Below the pieces are notes generated by a model. The model was given only the letters and a program-made list of their open reading frames with translations, ran no database searches and was not told where the DNA came from. A program made the position numbers and the translations under genes. DNA of 64,000 nt from a virus. Shown here piece by piece: positions 9,171-19,147 of the stretch. Positions within the stretch are counted from its first letter, which is position 1. Each line of letters opens with the position of its first letter. The stretch is from positions 3,513 through 67,512 of IMG/VR virus record IMGVR_UViG_3300029985_000042; one strand, 5' to 3'.

Positions 9171-11516
9171 ATGTATATAAACACAAAAAATATAAATTAT
9201 GGGATTGCGACTGCTACATACGCAGATTATGTCGTAGTAGCAAATCCAGATTTTATACCGTATAATCCATCAACCGCCAGCGTATATCATACTGGGTCGG
9301 TGGATTATTTTCAATACAATTCTGGTCTGGACGAGCACATATTAATTAATACCCTACAACGACCAATTTCCTACGCCGATATATTGATTACCACAGAGAC
9401 AAGCTCGGTATTAAATACTGAACTCCCATTAGAATTGGCATTGGATACTACCAACGTTGTAGACTTAGAAAACTTATTTGGACAGTCTTTGGATTTGATG
9501 GATACCAACTTAATAATAGGGTGTCCCAATTATTTGCAGCAAATTATGGTTGGAAATAATATTATTCAATCGTCTGGGTCTGCGGCTTATGTATTTAATA
9601 TAGGACTTGTAAATTCTACAGCATCTTATAATTCATTATTACAAACTATTCCAAACTCATCCAGCGTCCAAAATTCATTTGGAGCGTCCGTCGCAATAAA
9701 TAGGGACTGGTTGGCGGTTGGATGCCCATTGGAAAATAATTCATCTGGTTCCGTTTTTATATATCAATCAATAAGCGGAAGTTGGAGTTTATATCAGGAA
9801 ATAAGTGCCAGCACAACTCAATCAAACGCTTTATTTGGGCATAGTTTAAAATTAAACAAAGACGAAAACACTCCGAGTGGACGATTGGTTGTTGGATGTG
9901 GAAATCCAGCGGTGGGGGAGGTATTTTTCTTTGAGATGAGCGGAAGCAAATGGAACCAAACATATGTATTTACTCCCACATATGCCACATATCCTCTAAC
10001 GATTGGGAACTATGTTCCATATAACATGACTCGAAACACAACAAGTGGATTTGGAAACTCAGTTTCAACTTATGGAGATTCAGTTATAATAGGGGAATAT
10101 TTAGATAGAACGGTATATGAATATAGTGGCTCCGACGCATATCAACAGGGGTCGGTTTCTATATTTGAAAGATGTAACCCAAGTTCTTCATTATTTAACC
10201 TTTCATTTAAGACCTATGGAAATATAAATACTTTGCGGAGCAATTATCTAGGATATTCAGTTGATATATTCGACAGTAATGCCGTGGTTGGAATACCCAA
10301 AAGTAACCAACAGAATATATCAGCATCTTATGTGGAACAAACTTTAAACCAGTATTATCAATGTGAAGATAATATTTTAACTTCACTAAACGGACAGGTG
10401 GCATTACTCATCAACGAGAGCGGAAGTTGGGGCATAGAAAATATATACCAAAAAAAGAAGAAATATTTAAGCCCATATCGAGCGTTTGGTTACAGTGTAT
10501 CTGTAGCAGATTATTCCATGGTAGTTGGTGCTCCCATTCTTTTGTCTACGTCAACCCCATCAATAAATATTATAACAACCCAAAGTCAAAATATAACCTT
10601 GGATGAAATATGTGGAAAATCATATATATACAATTTAAATAATTTACAAGACTCATTTCATATTGGAAATGTATTTTACAGGAATGGGAAAATTGTATTG
10701 ATGACTTCCGGCTCCATATTTCAAGGATTGTTTATGGATACTGGAAATGATACCACCTATTCTTACAATTTAAACTTCAATGGGGAATATACTATTTATG
10801 AGAAACAAATAATATGTCCAGTTGAACCTGGGGAATTTAATGTAAGCACCAATCCAACTTCACTTATAAAATCGAGATATACCTTCGATGTAAATAACGA
10901 TGGAAAGTTTGATTACTATGATTTAGATATTTTAATGCGATATATGGCGTATAAAAACAACCAGTCTAGGGGACTTCCATTTTCAACGGACTGGAGTTCT
11001 TCGATAGTCATGTCGGGCGATGAAATTAGCCTCTTAAATTATTACATATCCAATTCAAAATATAGTGATGCATATATATCACAGCAAGTTTTAGAATATA
11101 TTCCGATATGGGATTTTGAGGATACAAGTATTCAGGACTATTTGGATATAAATGGAGATAATATCATAGATGTTAGAGATATGACTATAATGTGGAAATA
11201 TTTTAGTAATCGACTGACCCAAAAAAACTATTCTTCATATATAACCGCAAATTCAAATAGAAAAACATTAAATATAGCCCTCGATTATTTGGATGGATTG
11301 ACGGGTAGAGGCTCGATTCCGGTAATTAACCCTGAGTTTTTTAATTATAGAGATAATATATCACAAGACCCTACCGGCTCATATTTGGCTCCATACGTCA
11401 GTTCAGTTGGATTATATGATAAAAATTTAGAGTTGGTGGCAGTTGCTAAGTTGGGAACACCCATAAAAATAGATGGTCAATTACCAATTAATTTCTGTAT
11501 AAAATTAGATTTTTAA
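9171..11516 (+). CDS. Virion protein: FG-GAP-like beta-propeller + two EF-hand/dockerin-like repeats + tail-collar-like C-terminus
   Basis: Repeated FG.S...VG.P blades; DVNNDGKFDYYD and DINGDNIIDVRD loops; VGLYDKNLELVAVAKLGTPIK. Confidence 0.65.
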   Translation: MYINTKNINYGIATATYADYVVVANPDFIPYNPSTASVYHTGSVDYFQYNSGLDEHILINTLQRPISYADILITTETSSVLNTELPLELALDTTNVVDLENLFGQSLDLMDTNLIIGCPNYLQQIMVGNNIIQSSGSAAYVFNIGLVNSTASYNSLLQTIPNSSSVQNSFGASVAINRDWLAVGCPLENNSSGSVFIYQSISGSWSLYQEISASTTQSNALFGHSLKLNKDENTPSGRLVVGCGNPAVGEVFFFEMSGSKWNQTYVFTPTYATYPLTIGNYVPYNMTRNTTSGFGNSVSTYGDSVIIGEYLDRTVYEYSGSDAYQQGSVSIFERCNPSSSLFNLSFKTYGNINTLRSNYLGYSVDIFDSNAVVGIPKSNQQNISASYVEQTLNQYYQCEDNILTSLNGQVALLINESGSWGIENIYQKKKKYLSPYRAFGYSVSVADYSMVVGAPILLSTSTPSINIITTQSQNITLDEICGKSYIYNLNNLQDSFHIGNVFYRNGKIVLMTSGSIFQGLFMDTGNDTTYSYNLNFNGEYTIYEKQIICPVEPGEFNVSTNPTSLIKSRYTFDVNNDGKFDYYDLDILMRYMAYKNNQSRGLPFSTDWSSSIVMSGDEISLLNYYISNSKYSDAYISQQVLEYIPIWDFEDTSIQDYLDINGDNIIDVRDMTIMWKYFSNRLTQKNYSSYITANSNRKTLNIALDYLDGLTGRGSIPVINPEFFNYRDNISQDPTGSYLAPYVSSVGLYDKNLELVAVAKLGTPIKIDGQLPINFCIKLDF

Positions 11517-11555
11517 TTATACTCATCTATATTTATATATAACAAATAAAATATT

Positions 11556-11822
11556 ATGCCAACACCTACCCCAAGACCCAGCGAAACTATTAATTTAGAA
11601 ACTCGTTATAAACAACAGCGAGAAGGCGGTGCATTTGATGCAAAACAAGCCGGAACATCCACGATTACGCCGAGCATGAAGTCCAAATTATACAACAAAT
11701 CAACGAAATATGACATCGACCAATTGCAAGGTCAGTCCGATTTTAAGGGAGTTGATGGTGGTTCTTATAATGAAATTTCCAATTTTGCAACGGGAATTGA
11801 TGTAACCCCATATAAGAAATAA
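11556..11822 (+). CDS. Small late hypothetical protein
   Basis: ORF track; ATATTTAT motif at 11529 and terminator downstream. Confidence 0.55.
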   Translation: MPTPTPRPSETINLETRYKQQREGGAFDAKQAGTSTITPSMKSKLYNKSTKYDIDQLQGQSDFKGVDGGSYNEISNFATGIDVTPYKK

Positions 11823-11838
11823 TCCAATACATGAAATT

Positions 11839-11862
11839 AAACTCCCAGATTGGGAGTTTTTT
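11839..11862 (+). terminator. Rho-independent terminator
   Basis: AAACTCCCA-GAT-TGGGAGTTT stem-loop followed by a T tract. Confidence 0.75.
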
Positions 11863-11886
11863 CTTTTTAAATACTAGTTATATGAT

Positions 11887-12285
11887 ATGACAGATATGGG
11901 ACATTGGGTTACAACAATTGAAATGCCAGATGATGCTATCGGGTTTATATATAAAATTCATAATAAAATAAGTGGTCGGAAATATATCGGTCGAAAATTG
12001 ACGGTATTTAAGACCTGTAAAAAAGCACTGAAGGGGAACAAGAACAAACGGCGGGGAACTCGTGAAAGCGATTGGAAAATATATTGTGGGTCTTGTGTAG
12101 AATTACAAGATGATATTGTGAAACTTGGCAAAGAAAATTTTATGTTTGAAATACTTCAGTGGTGCAATTCTAAATTAACTCTGAATTATGCCGAGGTAAA
12201 GGCCATCATAGATGCGAATGCAATATTCGATGGGAATTATTATAACAAATACGTCGGCTGTAGATTAGTCAACAAAAACAAATAA
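11887..12285 (+). CDS. GIY-YIG endonuclease (Seg/EndoII-like, catalytic domain only)
   Basis: GFIYKIHNKISGRKYIGRK...YCGS...F.FEIL...E...YYN. Confidence 0.8.
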   Translation: MTDMGHWVTTIEMPDDAIGFIYKIHNKISGRKYIGRKLTVFKTCKKALKGNKNKRRGTRESDWKIYCGSCVELQDDIVKLGKENFMFEILQWCNSKLTLNYAEVKAIIDANAIFDGNYYNKYVGCRLVNKNK

Positions 12286-12286
12286 T

Positions 12287-12514
12287 ATGATGATACCAAC
12301 AACTATAACATGTGACCGCTGTAAATCGATAGTGGATGGATTTCTAAACAATTCAATTAAAAGCATTGTAGTAACTTCTGGCTATTATGTAGTCGACAAG
12401 GGGTATTGGAAAAATTATGGGAATGTGGGCGAAGTAAATGTATGTGACAATTGTATGTTTATTGACCCACGGTATATCAAATCATATGGCAAATTAGAAG
12501 TTAAAAAAAGTTGA
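12287..12514 (+). CDS. Small Zn-binding hypothetical protein
   Basis: CDRC...CDNC. Confidence 0.5.
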   Translation: MMIPTTITCDRCKSIVDGFLNNSIKSIVVTSGYYVVDKGYWKNYGNVGEVNVCDNCMFIDPRYIKSYGKLEVKKS

Positions 12515-12547
12515 TATTTATTGCCCTTTGAGATATTATGGGGACAA

Positions 12548-13498
12548 ATGTTGGTAAAATCAGATATTATATTAGTGCTGGCCGAAGCGTTTCGCCAACC
12601 AGCAACTTTGCGAAAGGGAGCCACTCAATTGTTATTTGAGTGTCCATTCTGTAATAGACATGACGGGTTTAAAAAATTAGAAATATGCATCGAAGGGGAA
12701 AGATTTGGATATTGTCATTGTTGGAGATGTAATTTTAAAACTCGATTTTTTGGTTCGTTGTTAAAAAAATTAAATGCTCCAAAACATTTACGAGACCGAA
12801 TGTTCGAACTTTCGGGAGAAATTAAAAAAGTAAGAGCATATGCTCGAAAACCAACCCATTCCAATCTTCAATTGCCCGATGAATTTATCTCGCTATCAAC
12901 TACTTCAGCCGATACGGAATATAGGAATGCAATTTCATATTTAAAAAGACGGGGTGTGGAACATGATGATATATTGAGGTATAATATAGGATATTGTTCG
13001 GATGGGAAATTTACTCAACACATCATAGTTCCATCATATGATAGTGACAATAAACTGAATTTCTTCATTGGTCGAAAGTATTATGACGACGACTCTCCAT
13101 ATCGTTATCGAAAGCCAGATTGTGATATGGATATCGTTGGGTTTGAAAACTTATTAAATTACAATTGCGATGTTAATTTATGTGAGGGAGTTTTTGATGC
13201 TTTTGCAATTAGAAACAATGCCATTCCTTTATTCGGAAAATATCCATCTAAAAAATTACAAGAAAAGATAATAACGAACGGAGTGAAGCGAGTTAATATG
13301 ATATTGGATGACGATGCCGAGACCGACGCAATTAAAAATTGTGAGTTACTGATGAAGTATGGGGTCGACATACATCTTGTAAAATTACAAGGTAAAGACC
13401 CTTCCAAATTAGGATTTAAGAAAGTTCACGAATTAATCAGAAATTCATTTCCATTTGAGTGGAAGACTCTAATACAGTATAAATTAAGCAAATTATGA
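12548..13498 (+). CDS. DNA primase (T4 gp61/DnaG-like)
   Basis: Zn finger CPFC...HCWRC; YLKRRG; TOPRIM CEGVFDA and LDDDA; KDPS. ATG 12548 preferred over TTG 12521. Confidence 0.85.
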   Translation: MLVKSDIILVLAEAFRQPATLRKGATQLLFECPFCNRHDGFKKLEICIEGERFGYCHCWRCNFKTRFFGSLLKKLNAPKHLRDRMFELSGEIKKVRAYARKPTHSNLQLPDEFISLSTTSADTEYRNAISYLKRRGVEHDDILRYNIGYCSDGKFTQHIIVPSYDSDNKLNFFIGRKYYDDDSPYRYRKPDCDMDIVGFENLLNYNCDVNLCEGVFDAFAIRNNAIPLFGKYPSKKLQEKIITNGVKRVNMILDDDAETDAIKNCELLMKYGVDIHLVKLQGKDPSKLGFKKVHELIRNSFPFEWKTLIQYKLSKL

Positions 13499-13767
13499 TT
13501 ACTAAATTTGTATTATGTTGGTTATTGATATCGGTTTCATTTGAATGTTTTGGTGATTATTTTGAGCCGACATTAAATTTGGTAATAGAGTGGGATGAGC
13601 CTAAACATTATATAAATAATAAAATTCTTAGAGATAAAGATATAAATAGACAATCCGATATTATAAACCATTTACAGTGTGGGTTTATACGAATTAAAGA
13701 ACGTGAATTTGACGAACAATTGACAATACAAAAAATAAATGAATATATTAAAAACAAATCAAACTAA
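13495..13767 (+). pseudogene. Truncated Vsr/DUF559-like endonuclease remnant
   Basis: Only the C-terminal DY...NLVIEWDEPKH...FIRIKE part is present; first 20 aa unrelated. Confidence 0.5.
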
Positions 13768-16700
13768 CATTAAGTATGTAATCCATATGGGGGACATACA
13801 TTGTAGGAATAATTCACGAATAGACGAATTTAAAATTGTATTTAATAATTTCTTTGACAGTATTAAGCATCTACCTAAAGATGAAACTATTATCGTTAAT
13901 TGTGGCGATACTTTCCATCAAAAAACATCAATGGAGCCGGAAGGTTTGCAATTAGTAAAAGATTTATTTGTTGGATGCTCCGATTTATTTCCTACGATTA
14001 TTATTCCCGGCAATCACGATGGAAATGTAGCTTCCAAAACTAGAATGGATGCTGTTACTCCTGTAATAGAATTATTAAATAGAAATAATATTTATTACTT
14101 GAAAGAATCGGGGCTATATGGATATGCTAACATATTGTTTAATCATATGTCAGTATTCGATGAGCCTGAGAAGTATATTTTGGGGAAAGATATACCATCA
14201 GTATATAGAAATAAATATGAGAGAATTATAGGACTATTCCACGGAGCAGTTGACCAGTCAATGTCGGATACTGGCCACACTCTAGAAAATCCTAAAATAA
14301 TGCTGCCACTATTTGATAACCACCATATTTTTATGCTCAGTGATATTCATTTAGCCCAAAATTTACAAGAATATGATTATCAATACGATAAGCCAATAGT
14401 TCGGTATTGTGGAAGTTTTTTACAGCAAAATCACGGTGAGTCGTCGGACAAGGGTTATTCTCTATGGGATTTATCCGACATGTCGTATACCCATCATAAT
14501 TTAAAAAATGATTTTGGATTTTATACGATTGGAATTGACCATGGAAATTTGGTCACTGATATATCACACATGCCAAAAAATGTAAGGTTGAGAGTTATAT
14601 GTAAAGAAACAATTCCATCCGAAGTAAAACATATAATTTCAAAGTTAAAAGAGACTCATACTATAATAGAGAGTTCTTTCATCCGAGAGACGGCTGATGT
14701 GGCTACGACAAATAAGGTCGTATCAGATATAAATTTAAAAAATATATTTAATGTGGGATATCAATCGGAATTGATTCGAAAACATTTATTAGAAATAACG
14801 CCTGATATATCGGTTGATAGACTGGATAAGGTCTTATATATCAATCAAATCATAAATAAAGAATTGGGACTCTCAGACCAATCTAGAACGTCGAGATATA
14901 AATTAATTAAGATGGAATGGGAGAACATGTTTAGTTATGGCGAAGATAACTGGATAGATTTTACAAACGTCAATGGATTGTATGGGATATTTGGAAAGAA
15001 TAGAACTGGAAAATCATCTATATTCTCATGTATATTATTTTGCTTGTTTGATAAGTGTTCGATGGCATCAAAAGGGGAAGATATAATCAACGAGCAAAAA
15101 TCATCATTTAAATGTAAGTTGGAATTTGAAATTGACGGAGTTCATTATTTCATAGAACGAAAAGGAACCGCCGGACGGACTGGGACCGTAAAAGTGGATG
15201 TTCGATTTTGGAAATTGGAAAATGGGGAAGAGATAAGTCTACATGGAACGGAACGCAGCGACACCAATGAAATAATACGTGGGTATGTTGGGACGTTTGA
15301 TGATTTCATACTGACATCGGCATATTTCCAATTTGGAAAACATAATTTATCGTTTATTGACATGGGTAAAAGTGACCGTAAAGATATACTCGTTAAATTT
15401 ATGGGAATTGATGTTTTTGATAAACTATGTAATATTGCGAATGAAAAGAAAAAAGAAATTAATTCCGAGTTAAAAATTCACAGAGGGAAAGAATATCAAT
15501 TGGAATTAGTCCAGATGGAAAACGCATTAAACCATGCCGTAGCCCTACATTTGGAATTGTCGGGTGAACTTGATAAGACCAAGATAACACTGGCCGATGT
15601 AAACCAAAAAATACAAGCGGAGACATTAAAACTAATTAAACTAGACTCTAATATTCCAACTAATATAGAACATCTAAAACTATCCAAGGAACGGGTTGAG
15701 GCCGCATTGAATATTGAAGAAAAGAATGTATCCACATCAAATATTAAAGTTAAGCGATATGCTCGATATATCGAGATGGTTGAACGTAGACTTAAAAGAA
15801 TAGAAGACCTAAACCTAATCGAAAATCATACAAAATATAAGTTACTACTGGATAAAATTTCGTCGGCGAAGAAGAAAATGGATATTAAGAAGATAGAAAT
15901 TAAGGGAAAATTGGACAAGGTTGCCAAATTAAAGGCACATAAATACGACCCCAACTGTAAGTTTTGTATTGACAATGAATTTGTGAGAGATGCATCGTCC
16001 TGCCAAGAACAACTAAAACAGGATAGAATTTTGGCCAGAGACTTGGTTGAGAATTTGGAGGCATTGGAGGCGGAATTTGAGACCGTCAAATGGGTGGACT
16101 CTAAATATGGTCTTTATACTAGATTATTAAATAAACGAGGAGAATTAAAAGACATACAACAACTAACATCAACCTTCATACTTGATAAGAGTAACAACAT
16201 ATCAAAAAATAAAGATATACTAGCGAATACAAATAATAATATTGCCATTTATACTCGAAATTTAACCTCGGTTGAAAACAATAATTCGGTAAACTTAATA
16301 TTGTCGTCGCATAAAATAGAAGCGTCTTCATTGGATGTTACCATTCAGAAATTTAATACTCGGTTAACTGAATTATATGGTAAAATTCAAGTGTTTAAAA
16401 ATAACATAGTAAATCTGAAATCTGTAATCGAGGTTATTAAAAATAAAGAGACGGAATTGGATGGTTATGAGAAATATATCGAAGCCGTCGGGCGTGATGG
16501 AATTCCATATAAAATAATATGTAATGCCATTCCTACAATAGAGCGAGAAGTTAATGATATATTAACTCAGATTTCAGATTTCACTCTAAAATTGGAAGAT
16601 GATGATAATGATATAATACCATATATTTGCAGTGATACGGGGAAACATGTCATTGAATTATGTTCAGGAGCCGAACGATTTGAAATGGAATTTGCAATTA

Positions 16701-16939
16701 GAATTGGATTAATTATGACCTCTAATCTTATAAAATGTGAAAATTTTTATGGCATTGACGAAGGTTTTGGGGTCTTAGATATTGATGGATTATCTTCTAT
16801 GAGCGTATTATTTTCTATAATTAAGCAGAAGTTTTCTTCCACATTCATAATCAGCCACCAAAACGAAATAAAGGATTTGGTTGATTGTTCGTTAGATATT
16901 AAAAAAGTTGATGGATTTTCGCAAGTTCAACATGGTTAA
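13739..16939 (+). CDS. Fused Mre11/SbcD nuclease - Rad50/SbcC ATPase (gp47-gp46-like)
   Basis: GDIH, GDTFH, GNHD, SDIH phosphoesterase motifs; Walker A GKNRTGKSS; CKFC zinc hook; CSGAE signature; IDEGFG Walker B; IISH. Confidence 0.9.
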   Translation: MNILKTNQTNIKYVIHMGDIHCRNNSRIDEFKIVFNNFFDSIKHLPKDETIIVNCGDTFHQKTSMEPEGLQLVKDLFVGCSDLFPTIIIPGNHDGNVASKTRMDAVTPVIELLNRNNIYYLKESGLYGYANILFNHMSVFDEPEKYILGKDIPSVYRNKYERIIGLFHGAVDQSMSDTGHTLENPKIMLPLFDNHHIFMLSDIHLAQNLQEYDYQYDKPIVRYCGSFLQQNHGESSDKGYSLWDLSDMSYTHHNLKNDFGFYTIGIDHGNLVTDISHMPKNVRLRVICKETIPSEVKHIISKLKETHTIIESSFIRETADVATTNKVVSDINLKNIFNVGYQSELIRKHLLEITPDISVDRLDKVLYINQIINKELGLSDQSRTSRYKLIKMEWENMFSYGEDNWIDFTNVNGLYGIFGKNRTGKSSIFSCILFCLFDKCSMASKGEDIINEQKSSFKCKLEFEIDGVHYFIERKGTAGRTGTVKVDVRFWKLENGEEISLHGTERSDTNEIIRGYVGTFDDFILTSAYFQFGKHNLSFIDMGKSDRKDILVKFMGIDVFDKLCNIANEKKKEINSELKIHRGKEYQLELVQMENALNHAVALHLELSGELDKTKITLADVNQKIQAETLKLIKLDSNIPTNIEHLKLSKERVEAALNIEEKNVSTSNIKVKRYARYIEMVERRLKRIEDLNLIENHTKYKLLLDKISSAKKKMDIKKIEIKGKLDKVAKLKAHKYDPNCKFCIDNEFVRDASSCQEQLKQDRILARDLVENLEALEAEFETVKWVDSKYGLYTRLLNKRGELKDIQQLTSTFILDKSNNISKNKDILANTNNNIAIYTRNLTSVENNNSVNLILSSHKIEASSLDVTIQKFNTRLTELYGKIQVFKNNIVNLKSVIEVIKNKETELDGYEKYIEAVGRDGIPYKIICNAIPTIEREVNDILTQISDFTLKLEDDDNDIIPYICSDTGKHVIELCSGAERFEMEFAIRIGLIMTSNLIKCENFYGIDEGFGVLDIDGLSSMSVLFSIIKQKFSSTFIISHQNEIKDLVDCSLDIKKVDGFSQVQHG

Positions 16940-16952
16940 ATTTCATTGACTA

Positions 16953-17249
16953 TCAACAACTTACACTCATTCTCAAAGAAAAGAATAACTTTGCATCATT
17001 TATACTTTGAGTATCATTTCGTTCTTTTCCGAATTTTGGAGTTTTTGGCTTAAAATTTCTATTAAAATAATATCCATAAAATATTTTTATTCCTTTAATA
17101 TTGTATAACTTTAAATTTCTATTATTATATTTTAAATTTACTATATTACTAGTATAAAATCCGGCATCATCGAAAAAATCAAAATATAACATGTTGGAAC
17201 TACCAACATATCTTATACCTTCGTCTAATAATTTCTTGAGACTAATCAT
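16953..17249 (-). CDS. Hypothetical protein with MISLKKLLDE leader, probably 3'-truncated
   Basis: ORF track; late motif on the minus strand at 17257-17264. Confidence 0.5.
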   Translation of the reverse strand: MISLKKLLDEGIRYVGSSNMLYFDFFDDAGFYTSNIVNLKYNNRNLKLYNIKGIKIFYGYYFNRNFKPKTPKFGKERNDTQSINDAKLFFSLRMSVSC

Positions 17250-17346
17250 GATGTATATAAATATAATAATATTATTTATTCCCCACCTATAAATAATTAT
17301 TTAGTGATATTTTATGATTTTTCACTAAAGTTATCAATACTTATAT

Positions 17347-17517
17347 ATGATGGACAATAAAGAATATCAATCGGAATATAGAAAAACCAAAGAAAAGAAT
17401 GGTTGGAAATATTTTTCTATACTTGTGCCGGAGGATTGTTACTATCATCTAAAAAAATCATACCTTCTATGGAAAGCGGAAAATCTTAAAGATTGGAAGA
17501 AAATAAAAAATAAATAA
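17347..17517 (+). CDS. Unannotated 56-aa basic protein, possibly RHH-like DNA binder
   Basis: Translated by hand: MMDNKEYQSEYRKTKEKNGWKYFSILVPEDCYYHLKKSYLLWKAENLKDWKKIKNK; ATACTTAT at 17337; stop 2 nt before the next ATG. Confidence 0.55.
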   Translation: MMDNKEYQSEYRKTKEKNGWKYFSILVPEDCYYHLKKSYLLWKAENLKDWKKIKNK

Positions 17518-17519
17518 TT

Positions 17520-18185
17520 ATGGCTATAAAATTAAATAAAAATCATTCGAATCTAGATACTATAAAATTATGGATGTCGGGACAAAAGACCGATATTAGA
17601 GTATCCAACCATATTACAGAAAAAGAGAAGTATAGGCAAGACGGAGAAGAATTTGAATTGCAAGGTATCAAGTATAAAAAAGAAAATGGAAAAATTATTA
17701 AACTTACCAAATCTCAAGGTGATGTAATACGGGAATGTTTAAAGCGAATTTGTAAATGTGGACAGAATATTGCATGGGGAAGTAAAAAAGACGAATATTT
17801 TTACAACCGAACCGGACTATGTGAAAATTGTTTAATCAATTATGAAACCAATCTAAGAATTGTGGGGGCGTATGATGTCTATGAAAAATATAAATTATCA
17901 TCATATGCACTGGGAGACTTAAAAGATAAAAAAGAAAAGGTAAAAGATTTAATTAAATTTTTCATAGAAAATCCAAAAACTGCGGGCGATGTTACTTTGC
18001 CATGCGAAAATGGTATAGGAAATGATGCCGTGTGGGTCAATACTAATCGAGACCTAATTCTTGAAGATGCTAAAGTGGATTTGAAAAAAATTAAGAAATT
18101 AATAACCCAAGCATCAAAAATGAAACAAGAAAGTAAAAAGTTATATGTAGAGAAGTGTAAAGAATTTAAATTGAATGTAATATGA
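17520..18185 (+). CDS. Hypothetical protein (Zn-binding, coiled coil) upstream of terminase
   Basis: CKC...GLCENC; ORF track. Confidence 0.6.
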   Translation: MAIKLNKNHSNLDTIKLWMSGQKTDIRVSNHITEKEKYRQDGEEFELQGIKYKKENGKIIKLTKSQGDVIRECLKRICKCGQNIAWGSKKDEYFYNRTGLCENCLINYETNLRIVGAYDVYEKYKLSSYALGDLKDKKEKVKDLIKFFIENPKTAGDVTLPCENGIGNDAVWVNTNRDLILEDAKVDLKKIKKLITQASKMKQESKKLYVEKCKEFKLNVI

Positions 18186-19144
18186 GTAATAATTGTAAGA
18201 TATGTGGAAGTGAATGTAAAAGTGAGACGAAACATGCGTTTCACGCTCATCACATATCATCCGACAAGTATTATGATAAATTTTATAAGAAAGATGGTGA
18301 AGGAGTGTGTAAGATTTGCAATAAGTCAACTAGATTTAAATCGTTTACAGTTGGATATTGTAAATACTGCTCAAATACGTGTGCTAATAATGACCCAGAA
18401 TTTATAGCCAAGATTTCTAACACTGTGAAATCTAAGGAATGTCAAGATAAAATAAAGAATACAAATATAGAAAAATATGGAACGGAATATGGTTTCCAAA
18501 GCGAAAATAACAAATCAAAATCTAAAATTACATCATTAAAAAGATATGGTGTTGACAATCCCCAAAAGTCTAAGGTAATACGAAATAAAACTACAAATAC
18601 TATCCTTGAAAAATATGGAGTTGACAACTATTCAAAAACTCCAAATTTCAAACAACAAATGACTGAATTTGCGCTCGAAACTTATGGATGTAAACATCAC
18701 TTAAATTCTTCAACAATCCAAGAAAAAATAAAGAAGTATAATATGGAACATTACGGGGTAGAATATAAATTTCAGTCTGATACATTTAGAAAATCGGCAA
18801 TGTATAAAGGAAGATATAAATATAAACAATATACTACAAAATTTGGAACTAAATTACATTACCAAACCAAGCCAGAATTAAAGTTTATTGAGGAATGTGA
18901 GTTGAAAAATATTAATATCGAACAGGGAGATAAAATACATTTTTATTTTAATGGAAAAAATAGAAGATATTTCTGTGATTTTAAAATTAAAGAACTTGCC
19001 GGTTGGAGGTTGGTTGAAGTTAAGAGTAAACATAAATGGTGGTATGAAGAGCTAAAAAATGGAACCGCAAAAGCTAAGGCAAATGCTGCTATTAAATATA
19101 GCAAAGAAAACAACTATTTACCATTCAAAATAAAATTTTATTAA
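18182..19144 (+). CDS. Putative homing endonuclease (Zn finger + KYGVDN repeats + PD-(D/E)XK)
   Basis: CKIC motifs; KYGTEY/RYGVDN/KYGVDN repeats; YFCDF...LVEVKS. Confidence 0.7.
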   Translation: MSNNCKICGSECKSETKHAFHAHHISSDKYYDKFYKKDGEGVCKICNKSTRFKSFTVGYCKYCSNTCANNDPEFIAKISNTVKSKECQDKIKNTNIEKYGTEYGFQSENNKSKSKITSLKRYGVDNPQKSKVIRNKTTNTILEKYGVDNYSKTPNFKQQMTEFALETYGCKHHLNSSTIQEKIKKYNMEHYGVEYKFQSDTFRKSAMYKGRYKYKQYTTKFGTKLHYQTKPELKFIEECELKNINIEQGDKIHFYFNGKNRRYFCDFKIKELAGWRLVEVKSKHKWWYEELKNGTAKAKANAAIKYSKENNYLPFKIKFY

Positions 19145-19147
19145 TAT

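Noticed and set aside
13495-13590. Possible inversion (short inverted repeat) at the start of the endonuclease remnant
   Set aside because: The match is short, imperfect and AT-rich.
16941-16964. Imperfect palindrome TTTCATTGACTATCAACAACTTAC between convergent genes
   Set aside because: Single degenerate copy; cannot distinguish a recombination site from a weak terminator or chance.
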